Shown here: in pieces, positions 1-10,046 of the stretch
How positions within the stretch are numbered: position 1 is the first letter of the stretch
Layout: every line of letters begins with the position of its first letter
Source: Candidatus Poribacteria bacterium
GTDB lineage: Bacteria; Poribacteria; WGA-4E; WGA-3G
DNA: 64,000 nt
Assembly (NCBI GenBank): GCA_965198235.1
Contig: OZ240248.1
Span: 3,296,001-3,360,000 of the forward strand
Reading direction: 5' to 3'
Made by a program: the position numbers and the translations under genes
The notes under the pieces: generated by a model
Told to the model about the DNA's origin: nothing
What the model saw: only the letters and a program-made list of their open reading frames with translations
Databases searched by the model: none

Positions 1-772
1 TCGGCAGAAGGAGGCATCCAATTTATTGCATTCGTAAAATGCTCAACAGCTCTTTGATGGTGGAAGGCTTTTTCTTTAGAATGCACCGCTTCATTTCCAC
101 TATCTTGAGATTCTCCACCTTTTTTAAGTTCCGGGTAGACACTCCAACGACTCACCTGACTTCCAATAAAACCATGGATGTCGTGATAAATGCTTTCGGC
201 AGATATGTCAATTTCCGGCCTTTGAAGATACTTCAATAGAGGAATCTTAAGATTTTCCGGAATGACAATGATCTCTTCCTGTCCAATGAAGTCATTAGGA
301 ATAAAACCCTCAGGTGGTTGCACAAATATGCTTTTCTGTTTCTGGGCACGCTCGATAGGAGGTGGATCCGGAAGTTCTCTAATCCAATCCTTTATCTTTC
401 CAGTTTTGCTTTGCAAGATAATCCTGCCATCTCTACCGGGGAACCTTTTGAGGCGAAGAAAAGAGCGATGTAATAATCTTTTGTGAAGTCAATTAGGTTG
501 GTTTTACCACCGAAGTGTTGAAGCTCGACGAGGATTTCAAATTCGTCTGTTTTGTTGCCGTACCTTTTGGCATCCTCCAATTCTCTTTTTTGGATTTCTT
601 CTACATCAAGATCCAATAAGTTCAGTTTATTGAGTTCACGCCAGAGGTTCGAGGACACTTTCTTATAGCATTCTTGCTCGCCACGATAAATGTAATCCCC
701 ATCGGCAGTTATTTTCGCGATCTTGCCGATGATTTCCAAGATTCTGTTGAGTCCTGTTTGTTGTGTGCTCAT
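1..772 (-). pseudogene. FRG-domain protein with probable C-terminal TPR region; frameshifted near 438-441 and running off the window start
   Basis: ORF 772-392 has FRG motifs (YIYRGE; LQHFGGKTNLIDFTKDYYIALFFA). Shifting frame at the GGGG run (438-441) gives an open continuation from 437 to the window edge (GRDGRIILQ...RAQKQKSIFV...IYHDIHGFI...AVEHFTNAI). Could be a real frameshift or an assembly indel. Confidence 0.75.
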
Positions 773-806
773 TTTTCGCCTCCACGATGCGGTTTCCTTG
801 AGGATA

Positions 807-836
807 ATGATAACATGTAAAGGAAGCCGATGTCAA
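807..836 (-). promoter_or_regulatory. sigma70-type promoter for the FRG gene
   Basis: Minus strand reads TTGACA-N18-TATCAT, 35 bp upstream of the ATG at 772. Confidence 0.55.
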
Positions 837-865
837 GGGTGTGTCCCAGCCATTGCAGGGTGATT

Positions 866-992
866 TATAGTATATCCCGTAATTACTTGGACACTCGCAA
901 TCATAGGGTAAATTGTGAGGTTGCGTCTCACGCTGGCACAGGCTAACAGCCTATGCTACAAAGATGTTCATTTATTTTTAGGATCCACTATA
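866..992. mobile_element. MITE-like element with TA-flanked imperfect terminal inverted repeats enclosing a GTAG-type REP hairpin
   Basis: Left end TATAGTATATCC (866-877); right end GGATCCACTATA (981-992, reverse complement TATAGTGGATCC). Internal hairpin TGGCACAGGCT-AAC-AGCCTATGCTAC (934-959), which begins GTAG on the minus strand. Confidence 0.55.
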
Positions 993-1017
993 GTTTTCCA
1001 CTGGAATACACTCAAAG

Positions 1018-1046
1018 TCCCCCTGATAAGGGGGATTTAGGGGGTT
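1018..1046. repeat. Short G/C-run palindromic repeat
   Basis: TCCCCCT-GATA-AGGGGGA perfect 7-bp stem followed by TTTAGGGGG; resembles dispersed intergenic repeats. Confidence 0.5.
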
Positions 1047-1094
1047 AAAAATGAAAAAATCTCATAGGGTAGGCTAAATTCGCGCAGAAAATAT

Positions 1095-1329
1095 TGTGCT
1101 GCCATCGGAAATTTAGACCACTCTCTAAACCAAGATTGTGCTACAATACCAATCTACTTGAAAGGCGTTTCCGATGGCCAAACGAAGAAGATTCACCTCT
1201 GAATTTAAAGCAGAAGTTGTGATTGAGACACTTAGCGGTGAAAGTTCCCAAGCTGAACTGTGTCGGAGGACCCCATAACCTCAGCGCAGACCAACTCTCA
1301 AATTGGAAACCGCACCTACCGATTTCTGG
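1095..1329 (+). mobile_element. IS3-family remnant: putative left end plus truncated, frameshifted OrfA (HTH)
   Basis: ATG 1174 gives MAKRRRFTSEFKAEVVIETLSGESSQAELCRR; after a frameshift near 1270 it continues HNLSADQLSNWK, typical of IS3 OrfA. A TG-initiated candidate IR starts at 1095. No OrfB present. Confidence 0.7.
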
Positions 1330-4300
1330 TTACAATGGCGGCAAATTGTTCACAATCTCCATCGTCCGGAGGCTGACGGTAATAACACGCCCGATCAAAT
1401 CTACAGTATACTGAGGTTCCTCCGAACGATTCGGATCGTTCCAAATACCGCTCCGTTTGTCTACCTTCACGCGATACTGATCTACGACCCATTCCACTGC
1501 CGATCGACTTCCTAACCGATAGTCAAACGCTTCCGGTGGGATGCCCACCAACGTGAAATAGTCATTGTAATGAATCTGGGTTTTATCCTTGGAAAACCGC
1601 ATTTTCTCTACTTGCCAATCTATTCTTGGCAGAGTCGATGTTTCCTGCAGCTGCAGTTTCTCATATTTCGGGACGGATTCATAGTTGACATGGAGGTCTG
1701 CTAACGCTGCACCTGCCTTCGCGAAACCCCAGAAATCTTTAACGAACGGAATATGTGGCAAGTCGCGCTTGAGGTTCGCCTGATATTTTTCGCAGTAGTC
1801 GGGATGGTGCAAGAGGGCGTAAGTATAGTGGAAGATGTCCCACTTGGTGAGGGTATCGTCTCCGTAGTGGGTTTGAAATTCTGCCAACGCCCAATCGGTG
1901 ATGTTTTCTTGGCGGTTTGTGCTGTCCTCGTCGTAGGTGTAAAAGGGGAAACATTGGGCGTCACCTGTGATATGGTAATCTGGAATTACATTAACCATTA
2001 ATGTGTGAAAAGACGCGCTTGTTCTTGACACATTGATACAAATAACCTGATTCTCTTTTTCTGCCTCCGGTGTAGGAAAGGTGGTAGGGAATATAGACAT
2101 TCGGTGGTTGAGTGTATTGTCAAAGCATAGATTCATTTTTGTAAACGGACGAAAAAGGGACACTCGGCATTTTGATTCGGTAGATTCAGCGAGTTCTCCC
2201 CGTTCCAGTTTCAGCTTTAAGCCAGAACTCCACTTAATTTGGGTGTCATCATATTCCACAAAGTCATCAACATCCCGCACGTTTTGTGAGGTTCCTCGCC
2301 ACTTAAGCACGTGCATGTTGTAAAAGTCGCTCATCCGCTTTACGTTTTGGATTAGCGTATTTTCGTTAAAATTGTAGAGCCATGCATCTCTGCTGGTCTG
2401 TAACCCGACACCAAATGTATCGAAAATTGTGCGGACTCCCACCTTTCTCTTTCCTTTTGTTTTTTTACTTCCCATCGGAATAAAAGTATCAAACTCGGCA
2501 TGGAGTCCTTCTGTCAGCCAAGTGTGCCTTGTATCAATCTTCGCTTGTTTTACCGGAACGTTTGTGTAGTCACCGAAGTCGGTTAGAAGTTTCTGCTTTT
2601 CGCGTGCTTTCAAATAGTCGTCAACAGAATAGATCCAAACTTCGGCGGGTTCAGATATCACCTCTGCCGTTTTGATGAAGAAAGTAATCCCAACTCCAAC
2701 CCGTATCTGATCATCAAAAACATTGCCTCCCTCCTGTCGGCGGCGTTCCCCTGAAGTACGTGCATTTCCTTTTAGATCAATGTGATAAATTTTAGTGAAA
2801 TCCTGTGCGAGGTGTTTCCGCATCCCATCGAACGCGAGGCCGTCGAGAAAACCGTTATTCGTCACAAACGCAACAATACCTTCCGCGCCAATGCGTTTTG
2901 ATGCCCACAATATCGCCTTCACATAAGGGTCGGAAAGGGCGTTTTTATTCGTCGCCTTGGAGTCTTGCGAATACGTCTCGCGCACGAACTTGGCTATCCT
3001 CTTATACGGTCGATTCTTGTTGTTGTCGTTCTCATTCACCTGTCCAACGTTGTAAGGCGGATTACCGATAACAACGAACATATCTGCCCCCTTCTGTTTT
3101 TCGACCCGTTCCGTGTTTTCTTGCGTGAAGAGTTGTATCTGTTGCTCCTCAAGCAACTCAAATGTGTCTGTAAGGGCGATCCCTTCAAACGGTAGATATG
3201 TCCCCGTCCGTTGGAAATACTCATACTCAATGTTCAGACTCGCAACGTAATAGGGCAATAACAGAATCTCGTTGCAATATAGGGCATTGCGGTATTTATC
3301 TTCAAGAGTTGTTGCTTGGATGTCCTGCAGGAGCCGGACGATAAAGTTGCCCGTCCCAACGAAGGGATCGATAATATGAACACCCGGATCAGACAACGAC
3401 CTGTCAAATTCGGTTTCCAAGATGTGTGCGACGCTTTTCACCATGAAATCAACAATCGGTTGTGGTGTATAGACAATGCCGTGTGTGTCTGCGACCTCTA
3501 CGGAGAATCCCTGAAAAAACTGCTCATAGACAGTGTCAAGGAATTGCTGTTTCTGCGAGAAATCTTGACAGAGCAGGGCTGCTTGTTCAATGGCGAGATA
3601 GAACGGGTTCAGCACTTTGAGGAAGGCATCGCGACTATACGTCTGTCCGATGAGTACTTCAATGACGTTTTCAATCTCGCGTGCAATGGTGTTCCGACGC
3701 GTGAAGTCTGGATTATTAAAGACAGTGCGGAAGATGCGTTCGGTTAACAGGTGTTGGATGAGCATCTCCTCAACGGCGGCTTTAGAGAGATTTGGGTTAA
3801 TCGCGGCGCGGCACTGTTCGTAGAAATTTGTGAATGCGGTGACAAATCGCGGGTTGGTTTCGTGTTGCTCGGTTATCAGTTCTGCGGCTTTTCTCCCGAG
3901 TGCGGGGACCTTCTCTTTGAATTCAGCAACGGCGGCGTGCCAGTTTGCGAGCGCAGCGGGAGGCGCAGCAAAGAGGTGTTGGAGTGCCGTAATCAGGCGA
4001 GTCGGATCAGTGATGTCTACATCAAAGACCTGTTCTCCGTTTTGATAGAGGATGCCGTGCTGTGGGTTTTGGAAGAAAATGTTATCAAGCGGATAGCCCG
4101 CGTCCCGTTTCTCCAGCACGGCTTTGTAGAGATTATCCTCCATATCCTTCGCTTCCCAGTAGGCGAACGGGAGTCCATACTCGTCGAGGATCACGCCGTC
4201 GATGACGATGCGATTGCCTTTTGACGTGTGCATTGTGTATTGCGGAACGAGCGTGGCGTTTACCTGTTTTGCACAGGTTTGCAGAAGTGTATCAAAGGGG

Positions 4301-4407
4301 GAACTAACCGCGCCTTCGTGTGTGATAGCGTGCTTTTCGTACTGTTGCAGCGTGGTGTAGTAGTCGCGGATTGCTTTATGGTTGGGTTTGAGATTGAGTT
4401 TCGGCAT
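1330..4407 (-). CDS. Single-chain Type IIG/ISP-like restriction-modification enzyme (N-terminal nuclease-like domain, N6-adenine MTase, C-terminal specificity domain)
   Basis: 1025 aa; motif I DPFVGTGNF, motif IV GNPPY, HGIVYTPQPIVDF; N-terminal IDG...WEAK resembles PD-(D/E)xK; ISP-type C-terminus (RDAW, YRLGSRSAVEWVVDQY). No helicase motifs seen. Confidence 0.88.
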   Translation of the reverse strand: MPKLNLKPNHKAIRDYYTTLQQYEKHAITHEGAVSSPFDTLLQTCAKQVNATLVPQYTMHTSKGNRIVIDGVILDEYGLPFAYWEAKDMEDNLYKAVLEKRDAGYPLDNIFFQNPQHGILYQNGEQVFDVDITDPTRLITALQHLFAAPPAALANWHAAVAEFKEKVPALGRKAAELITEQHETNPRFVTAFTNFYEQCRAAINPNLSKAAVEEMLIQHLLTERIFRTVFNNPDFTRRNTIAREIENVIEVLIGQTYSRDAFLKVLNPFYLAIEQAALLCQDFSQKQQFLDTVYEQFFQGFSVEVADTHGIVYTPQPIVDFMVKSVAHILETEFDRSLSDPGVHIIDPFVGTGNFIVRLLQDIQATTLEDKYRNALYCNEILLLPYYVASLNIEYEYFQRTGTYLPFEGIALTDTFELLEEQQIQLFTQENTERVEKQKGADMFVVIGNPPYNVGQVNENDNNKNRPYKRIAKFVRETYSQDSKATNKNALSDPYVKAILWASKRIGAEGIVAFVTNNGFLDGLAFDGMRKHLAQDFTKIYHIDLKGNARTSGERRRQEGGNVFDDQIRVGVGITFFIKTAEVISEPAEVWIYSVDDYLKAREKQKLLTDFGDYTNVPVKQAKIDTRHTWLTEGLHAEFDTFIPMGSKKTKGKRKVGVRTIFDTFGVGLQTSRDAWLYNFNENTLIQNVKRMSDFYNMHVLKWRGTSQNVRDVDDFVEYDDTQIKWSSGLKLKLERGELAESTESKCRVSLFRPFTKMNLCFDNTLNHRMSIFPTTFPTPEAEKENQVICINVSRTSASFHTLMVNVIPDYHITGDAQCFPFYTYDEDSTNRQENITDWALAEFQTHYGDDTLTKWDIFHYTYALLHHPDYCEKYQANLKRDLPHIPFVKDFWGFAKAGAALADLHVNYESVPKYEKLQLQETSTLPRIDWQVEKMRFSKDKTQIHYNDYFTLVGIPPEAFDYRLGSRSAVEWVVDQYRVKVDKRSGIWNDPNRSEEPQYTVDLIGRVITVSLRTMEIVNNLPPL

Positions 4408-4469
4408 AGGTGTATGTTAACAGGTTTTTGGAACATAAATCAAGCAGAAAATGAGAACCATCAAAAGCA

Positions 4470-4499
4470 TTGCCAACATCTGTCAAAGTATGCTATAAT
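4470..4499 (+). promoter_or_regulatory. sigma70-type promoter (extended -10) for the TonB receptor
   Basis: TTGCCA-N18-TATAAT with TG immediately upstream of the -10 (TGCTATAAT). Confidence 0.5.
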
Positions 4500-4544
4500 T
4501 GATATATTAGAGCCGATAGATTTAAGCCTCTGAGGTGCGACTGA

Positions 4545-6575
4545 ATGTTCAATGCCAATTTTCTGAGACCAGTGTATTTGGCTTTTTACACTCTGTTTTT
4601 TGGGGTAATGGGTCCGTTTACTGCTCTCGCGGAAGATGGTACCGCGCCTGTGCAATTAGAGAAGATTGTTGTAACGCCGGGTCGTTTTACAATTTACGAT
4701 GGCGCGTCGGCGAAAATCTCCCTATCTAAGCAGGAGATTGAACGTTTTCCACTAATTGACAACGATGTAATGCGCGCAGGTCATATTTTCCCAGGTGTGG
4801 CTTCGAGTGATTATAGCACGCGCTTCAGTGTGCGAGGGGGCGAGAAAGACGATATTTCGGTCAGATTGGATGGGATGGAACTCTATAATCCTTATCATCT
4901 TCAGGATTTCGGTGGCGCAGTCTCGCTGATAGGTTTGGAGCTCATTCAAAACACCAATTTGCTGATAGGTGGGTTTCCTGCGGAATATGGAGAGAAAATG
5001 TCCGGTGTCTTTGACATCACGACGAGGACACCAAACGCTGAGAAATTTTCCGCCAATTTCGGGGTAGACTTGATTAACGCAACAGCCACTCTGGAGGGAC
5101 CCCTCTCGAAAAAAGGGAGTTGGCTCCTGTCAGCCCGCCGTGGGTATGTCGATCTGATTCTCATGCTCATGGATGTCGATGAAAACTATAAACCGCAATA
5201 CGCTGACATCTACAGCAAATTGACTTATCAAGTTACCCCGAGGGATACAGTCACGTTAAATGGTTTATACGGATGGGATAAGAATCGGATTCGTGTAGAC
5301 GATGTAGACAATAACTTAGATTCCCGATACGACAATTCGACAACTTGGGCGAAGTGGCGGCATATTTTTGGGGATTCGCATTGGACGGACCTTTTTATTT
5401 TCGCTGGCACATCCAGTCAGGATAGAACGACAGGGAAAGCAGATTTTGATAATCGCAATTTCGGGTTCTTCGGTACAAAAGCAGAACTTACCGCAAATCT
5501 TTTTGACAAGCACACCCTCCGCAGTGGTGTTACATGGCGTTGGTTGACTGCGCGGTATCAATATGATGTTCAGGAACGGCAGGCGGGTATAAACGTCTAC
5601 AAGCCAATTCTCGCTGATATTGACGATAAGGGAAGTGAATTCAATCTATTTCTCCAAGATGAGTGGCAGCTCCATTCCAAACTTGCGCTCAATGTCGGGG
5701 GACATTACCTCTACCAGCATTATCGGGAGGAAGGTATTCAGCGTTATGAAGTTGGGCCGCGAGTCGCACTTGCCGTGAAACCGACGAAGAATCTCGTTTT
5801 ACGGGGGGCTTGGGGTATTTATCATCAACCCGTTCACCTGATGGGAATTCCAGTCGAAGATGGCATTGAAATGGTCGGACGTGCGGAGCAAGCTGTGCAT
5901 TACATACTCGGGGTTGAGTATACCCCTGTCGATAGTTTCTTGGTGCGTGTTGAAGGCTATTACAATACTTTTGATAATCTCGTTGGACGGCTTCGTGAGT
6001 TTGGAAGGCAGAATCAGATATTTAACTCGCCTGAGTCTGGAGATGCCAGAGGTGTTGATGTATTCATGACGCATGCAGTATCAAATCGTTTGACGTGGAC
6101 ACTCGGCTATGCCTATGGGATCGCAGAAGAGATCGCAAATGGAACAAAACGCTTCCGTCAATATGATCGGCGGCATTCTTTCGCTGTTAGCAGTAGTTAT
6201 CAGTTTGCACCGACTTGGTATCTCTATCTGAGTTGGCGTTTCCATACAGGTGAGCCGAGAACCCCTCTCATTCACAAGGAAGTTAGGTTACCTGACGGCA
6301 GTATTGTCTGTGATCGGCAGTTTGGTGATATACACTCAGCGCGGATGCCTGCCTACCACAGTCTCGATTTTCGTATTACAAAACGGAGCCCTTATCGACG
6401 ATGGGAGTTGTCTTGGTATTTTCAAATATTGAACTTGTATAACCATGCTAATCTGGACCAGTATGCTTTTAGTCAACTACGCGATGAAGGGACAGATGCT
6501 GTTATCGGATGTGCGATTGAAGAAGAGCCTCTCTTTCCGATTGTCCCTACATTAGGGGTTACCGTAACCTTCTGA
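4545..6575 (+). CDS. TonB-dependent outer-membrane receptor
   Basis: Signal peptide, plug motifs (FSVRGG...LDGMELYNPYHL; GGFPAEYG...SGVFDI), beta-barrel segments, terminal Phe. Confidence 0.9.
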   Translation: MFNANFLRPVYLAFYTLFFGVMGPFTALAEDGTAPVQLEKIVVTPGRFTIYDGASAKISLSKQEIERFPLIDNDVMRAGHIFPGVASSDYSTRFSVRGGEKDDISVRLDGMELYNPYHLQDFGGAVSLIGLELIQNTNLLIGGFPAEYGEKMSGVFDITTRTPNAEKFSANFGVDLINATATLEGPLSKKGSWLLSARRGYVDLILMLMDVDENYKPQYADIYSKLTYQVTPRDTVTLNGLYGWDKNRIRVDDVDNNLDSRYDNSTTWAKWRHIFGDSHWTDLFIFAGTSSQDRTTGKADFDNRNFGFFGTKAELTANLFDKHTLRSGVTWRWLTARYQYDVQERQAGINVYKPILADIDDKGSEFNLFLQDEWQLHSKLALNVGGHYLYQHYREEGIQRYEVGPRVALAVKPTKNLVLRGAWGIYHQPVHLMGIPVEDGIEMVGRAEQAVHYILGVEYTPVDSFLVRVEGYYNTFDNLVGRLREFGRQNQIFNSPESGDARGVDVFMTHAVSNRLTWTLGYAYGIAEEIANGTKRFRQYDRRHSFAVSSSYQFAPTWYLYLSWRFHTGEPRTPLIHKEVRLPDGSIVCDRQFGDIHSARMPAYHSLDFRITKRSPYRRWELSWYFQILNLYNHANLDQYAFSQLRDEGTDAVIGCAIEEEPLFPIVPTLGVTVTF

Positions 6576-6629
6576 GCACATACAACTGTAGTTTCTTCCT
6601 ATAGAAACCCCCTTGGAGAGAACTGAAAA

Positions 6630-7073
6630 ATGTTCAATCATATCCAAAAAGCAGTAAAAAGGATCTGGCGACGGTATATCAGGAATTTGCAAGATCGGAG
6701 ATTACCGAAGGTTGCACCCAGTGTAGCAGAGGCGATTCTTCCGTTAGAGACGGACACGTACGCTATTGCACCGAATCAGCTCAAGGACATGATGAACAGA
6801 GGCACGCCCTTCGTTTTGTTGGATGTCCGGGAAGAATGGGAGTATCAGATGGTTCACCTTGAAGGTACTGTATGGATTCCCTTCGGCGAGTTGCCAAGGC
6901 GTTGTAGCGAAATTACCCCAGGAGTTGAGGTCGTCGTTTATTGTCACTGGGGCATGCGGAGCCTTGACGCAGCTTTTCTTTTGCAACAACTCGGTTTCAA
7001 ATCGGTGAAGAGTTTAATCGGCGGTATTGATCGGTGGGCACGGGAAATAGATACACAAATGCCGCGGTATTAG
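6630..7073 (+). CDS. Rhodanese-like sulfurtransferase domain protein
   Basis: LLDVREEWE, active loop YCHWGMRS, GGIDRW...D.MPRY (MoeZ C-terminus-like). Overlaps the convergent gene's stop by 4 bp. Confidence 0.88.
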   Translation: MFNHIQKAVKRIWRRYIRNLQDRRLPKVAPSVAEAILPLETDTYAIAPNQLKDMMNRGTPFVLLDVREEWEYQMVHLEGTVWIPFGELPRRCSEITPGVEVVVYCHWGMRSLDAAFLLQQLGFKSVKSLIGGIDRWAREIDTQMPRY

Positions 7074-8455
7074 CTTTTAAAATCTTGGCTTTGAAGACCA
7101 TATTTCTGCATCCGGTGCTGAAGTTTACGTCGCGAAATCCCCAACAGTTTTGCCCCTTGAATCTGGTTCCCATTGCTTTTTGCTAACGCACTGCAGACGT
7201 ATTCCTTGATAATTTCATCAAGGGAAACCCCTTCCTCAGGAATATCAAATTCAACGTCGGTGGTTGGAAGCGACGTGTCTAAAATCTCCGGAGGCAACTC
7301 ATCTTTATCGATCACCTCATTTTCTGATAGTACAAAAATGCGATGGAGGTAATTTTCTAATTGCCGGATGTTACCGGGCCAGTGATACCGTCTGAGCACA
7401 GACATCGCCTGTGGTGTAACCTGTTTGGGGAGTGCCTCTGCATATTCGCTGCTAAACTTCTGGATGAGGTAATTCACGAGTAATGGAATGTCCTCTGAAT
7501 GCTCTCGAAGTGGTGGAATATGGAGCGGAATAACATTCAGACGAAAATAGAGGTCTTCGCGAAACGCGCTGTTTCGAACTGCCTGGATGAGATTTTTGTT
7601 TGTTGCAGCAATCACACAGACATCTACTTTAATGTTCCGAGTCCCACCGACTCGCCGTATCTCACGTTCCTCAAGGACATGCAGCAGTTTACTCTGTGTT
7701 TGGATCGGAAGATCCCCGATTTCATCAAGAAAAAGTATCCCTTCGTTTGCGACTTCAAAAAGTCCTTTCTTTTGATGTGCTGCGTCTGTGAACGCCCCTT
7801 TTTCATGTCCAAATAATTCACTTTCAATAAGGGTTTCGGGAATTGCCCCGCAGTTAATCGAAATGAACGGCTTGTTTTTTCGCGGACCGTGTTTGTGAAG
7901 TGCACGCGCAATGAGGCTTTTACCAGAGCCCGTTTCGCCTGTGATGAGAACTTGTGTAACACTACGGTGCAAAATCCGAGCCATGTTTTTGAAAAGATCC
8001 TGCATTTTCTCGCTATCACCCACAATTTCATCAATCTGGATTTCTGGTGTTGAGTCATCGCTTTCTTCTTCGATGCTGCGGAGCGCACCGCGAGTCTGTA
8101 GCGCGTGTTTCACTTCCCGTTTCAGGACTTCGATTTGAATGGGTTTCTCAAGATAATAGAACGCGCCTTCGTGCGCAACAAGATTAACAGCGTCGTTTAG
8201 CTCCGCAAACGCTGTCATGATAAGCACTGGCAGGTCCGGATCGGTCCGCTTTATTTCCCGAAGCAGATCTCTACCCTCAAATCGGGAGGACATCCACATA
8301 TCACTGATGACGAGGTCAAACATCTGTTTCTCTAAGTTATCAAGCGCGGCTTTGCTGTCTTCAACGGTTTCAACTGTGTACCCTTCGCGTTTCAAAATAC
8401 GCTGTAAAATTGTCAGTTGTGCTTGGTCGTCGTCTACAATCAGTATTGATGCCAT
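7070..8455 (-). CDS. Sigma54-dependent NtrC/AtoC-family response regulator
   Basis: Receiver (ILIVDDD...SDMWM), AAA+ (GETGSGKS, ESELFGHEKGAFTDA, FLDEIG, WPGNIRQL), Fis-type HTH. Confidence 0.93.
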   Translation of the reverse strand: MASILIVDDDQAQLTILQRILKREGYTVETVEDSKAALDNLEKQMFDLVISDMWMSSRFEGRDLLREIKRTDPDLPVLIMTAFAELNDAVNLVAHEGAFYYLEKPIQIEVLKREVKHALQTRGALRSIEEESDDSTPEIQIDEIVGDSEKMQDLFKNMARILHRSVTQVLITGETGSGKSLIARALHKHGPRKNKPFISINCGAIPETLIESELFGHEKGAFTDAAHQKKGLFEVANEGILFLDEIGDLPIQTQSKLLHVLEEREIRRVGGTRNIKVDVCVIAATNKNLIQAVRNSAFREDLYFRLNVIPLHIPPLREHSEDIPLLVNYLIQKFSSEYAEALPKQVTPQAMSVLRRYHWPGNIRQLENYLHRIFVLSENEVIDKDELPPEILDTSLPTTDVEFDIPEEGVSLDEIIKEYVCSALAKSNGNQIQGAKLLGISRRKLQHRMQKYGLQSQDFKS

Positions 8456-8488
8456 CGTTTTGGTTCTCCTGTCATTTAAGCCGGGAAT

Positions 8489-10045
8489 TTATAGCAGTTT
8501 ATCCTCATTCAGCGGGAAACTGATTTTAAAAGCGGTTCCCATTCCCATTTTGCTTCGGACTTCAATTTTACCTTTATGAGCCGTGATAATTTGGTGCGAA
8601 ACGGCAAGACCGAGTCCTATGCCGCCCGCGGCATCTTTGGTTGTGAAATACGCGTCGTAAATTTGTTCCTGAATTTCTTCTGGGATGCCGATGCCGGTAT
8701 CTCTGATTTCAACCACCGCATCTCTCGTGTTCTGATCTATCTGTTCCACAAGGGTTGTGATGTAGATGCTACCGCCTTTCGGCATTGCTTGGATACTGTT
8801 TTGCACAAAATTGAAGAGCGTCTGTCGCATTAAGGCAGCATCCAGCTGGACATCCGGTAGATTTTCATCATAATTTCTGATGACTTGAACTTTGGCTTCC
8901 TCGGCGATCAGCGCGAATTCAGATAAAACTTGCTCCACGAGAGCATTGAGGTTTACCGGTTCTACATTCAATCTTCTGGGTCGATTTAAAGTGAGAAACT
9001 GCTCTGAAGTTTGCTTCAGTTCTACTATTTTTTTGTCAACGATCTCTAATAGTTCTTTTGCCTCCTCAATATCGTCCTGGCTCACTTTTCGTTGCGAGAA
9101 AACAGATTTTAGGTGCTGGGCAGTCATCCCGATTGAATTGAGTGGGTTCCGAATTTCATGTGCCACACCAGCGGCGAATTGCCCTAACGCATCAATCCGT
9201 TTTGAATGCGAGTCTCGTAGTTGCCACAGCATCCTTACGAGGTTATGGGTTGCTCTACCCAGTTCATCCGACGAGTATGTTTGATCAAGTGATAGATTTC
9301 CACTTTCAGCGCTCTGTATAATACGAGTCATCCGTTCTAATGGCTTCATAATCAGATGATTCGTCGTTAGATCGATCAAAATTACGAGAAGGGCACCGAC
9401 AATCACAATCAATATCGCATGCATTAGCAATGAATATCGAATTGATTTGCCGATATAAGGAACGTCGAAAAGTACTTGTATGTAGCCAGAGACTCTCCAC
9501 CCAACATCGTATAGCAGAGTTCCTTCGCCGAGTATGGGTTCGGCGTAATCGCGAGGCTCTAACTCAATTGTTGGCTTTGGCGATGTCAAATTGACGGTGT
9601 ATTTGATGACAATAGCTGTTGCGTTCTGTCCTTCTATCGTGTGTATCGTTGCACCCTTTGTCTCAATTTGCTCAAGATCCAGTGAGTCAAGATTTATGTC
9701 AACAGCATCTTCACCGGCAAGCAGACTGGAACGAATACGGGTATCGTTCAAGGAGATGTGGACATTCAGCACATCTTGCATATCTGGATGTTCCCGCTTG
9801 AGTCTATTCAGGACCTGATCCAGTCGTTGGGCATCAAACCGCTTTGTGGTTTCGATTTCTCTCACAACAGCGTCAAGAATCGTGTTCTCGGTGATTTTCT
9901 TCAACTCGGCACCACGTTCTGCACCCAAGGCGTGAAGGGCATTCATATCATTTCGGACACGGATGCTATCGAAAAAGTAAAACGCCACGAGGATTGCTAT
10001 GACACAGAGATTAATAACAAGGGAGTACTTCCATTGGAGTCGCAT
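8489..10045 (-). CDS. Membrane sensor histidine kinase (HAMP, HisKA, HATPase)
   Basis: Two TM segments, HAMP, H-box AHEIRNPL, N box, G1 DTGIGI, F box YFTTK, G2 GLGL. Confidence 0.93.
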   Translation of the reverse strand: MRLQWKYSLVINLCVIAILVAFYFFDSIRVRNDMNALHALGAERGAELKKITENTILDAVVREIETTKRFDAQRLDQVLNRLKREHPDMQDVLNVHISLNDTRIRSSLLAGEDAVDINLDSLDLEQIETKGATIHTIEGQNATAIVIKYTVNLTSPKPTIELEPRDYAEPILGEGTLLYDVGWRVSGYIQVLFDVPYIGKSIRYSLLMHAILIVIVGALLVILIDLTTNHLIMKPLERMTRIIQSAESGNLSLDQTYSSDELGRATHNLVRMLWQLRDSHSKRIDALGQFAAGVAHEIRNPLNSIGMTAQHLKSVFSQRKVSQDDIEEAKELLEIVDKKIVELKQTSEQFLTLNRPRRLNVEPVNLNALVEQVLSEFALIAEEAKVQVIRNYDENLPDVQLDAALMRQTLFNFVQNSIQAMPKGGSIYITTLVEQIDQNTRDAVVEIRDTGIGIPEEIQEQIYDAYFTTKDAAGGIGLGLAVSHQIITAHKGKIEVRSKMGMGTAFKISFPLNEDKLL

Positions 10046-10046
10046 T

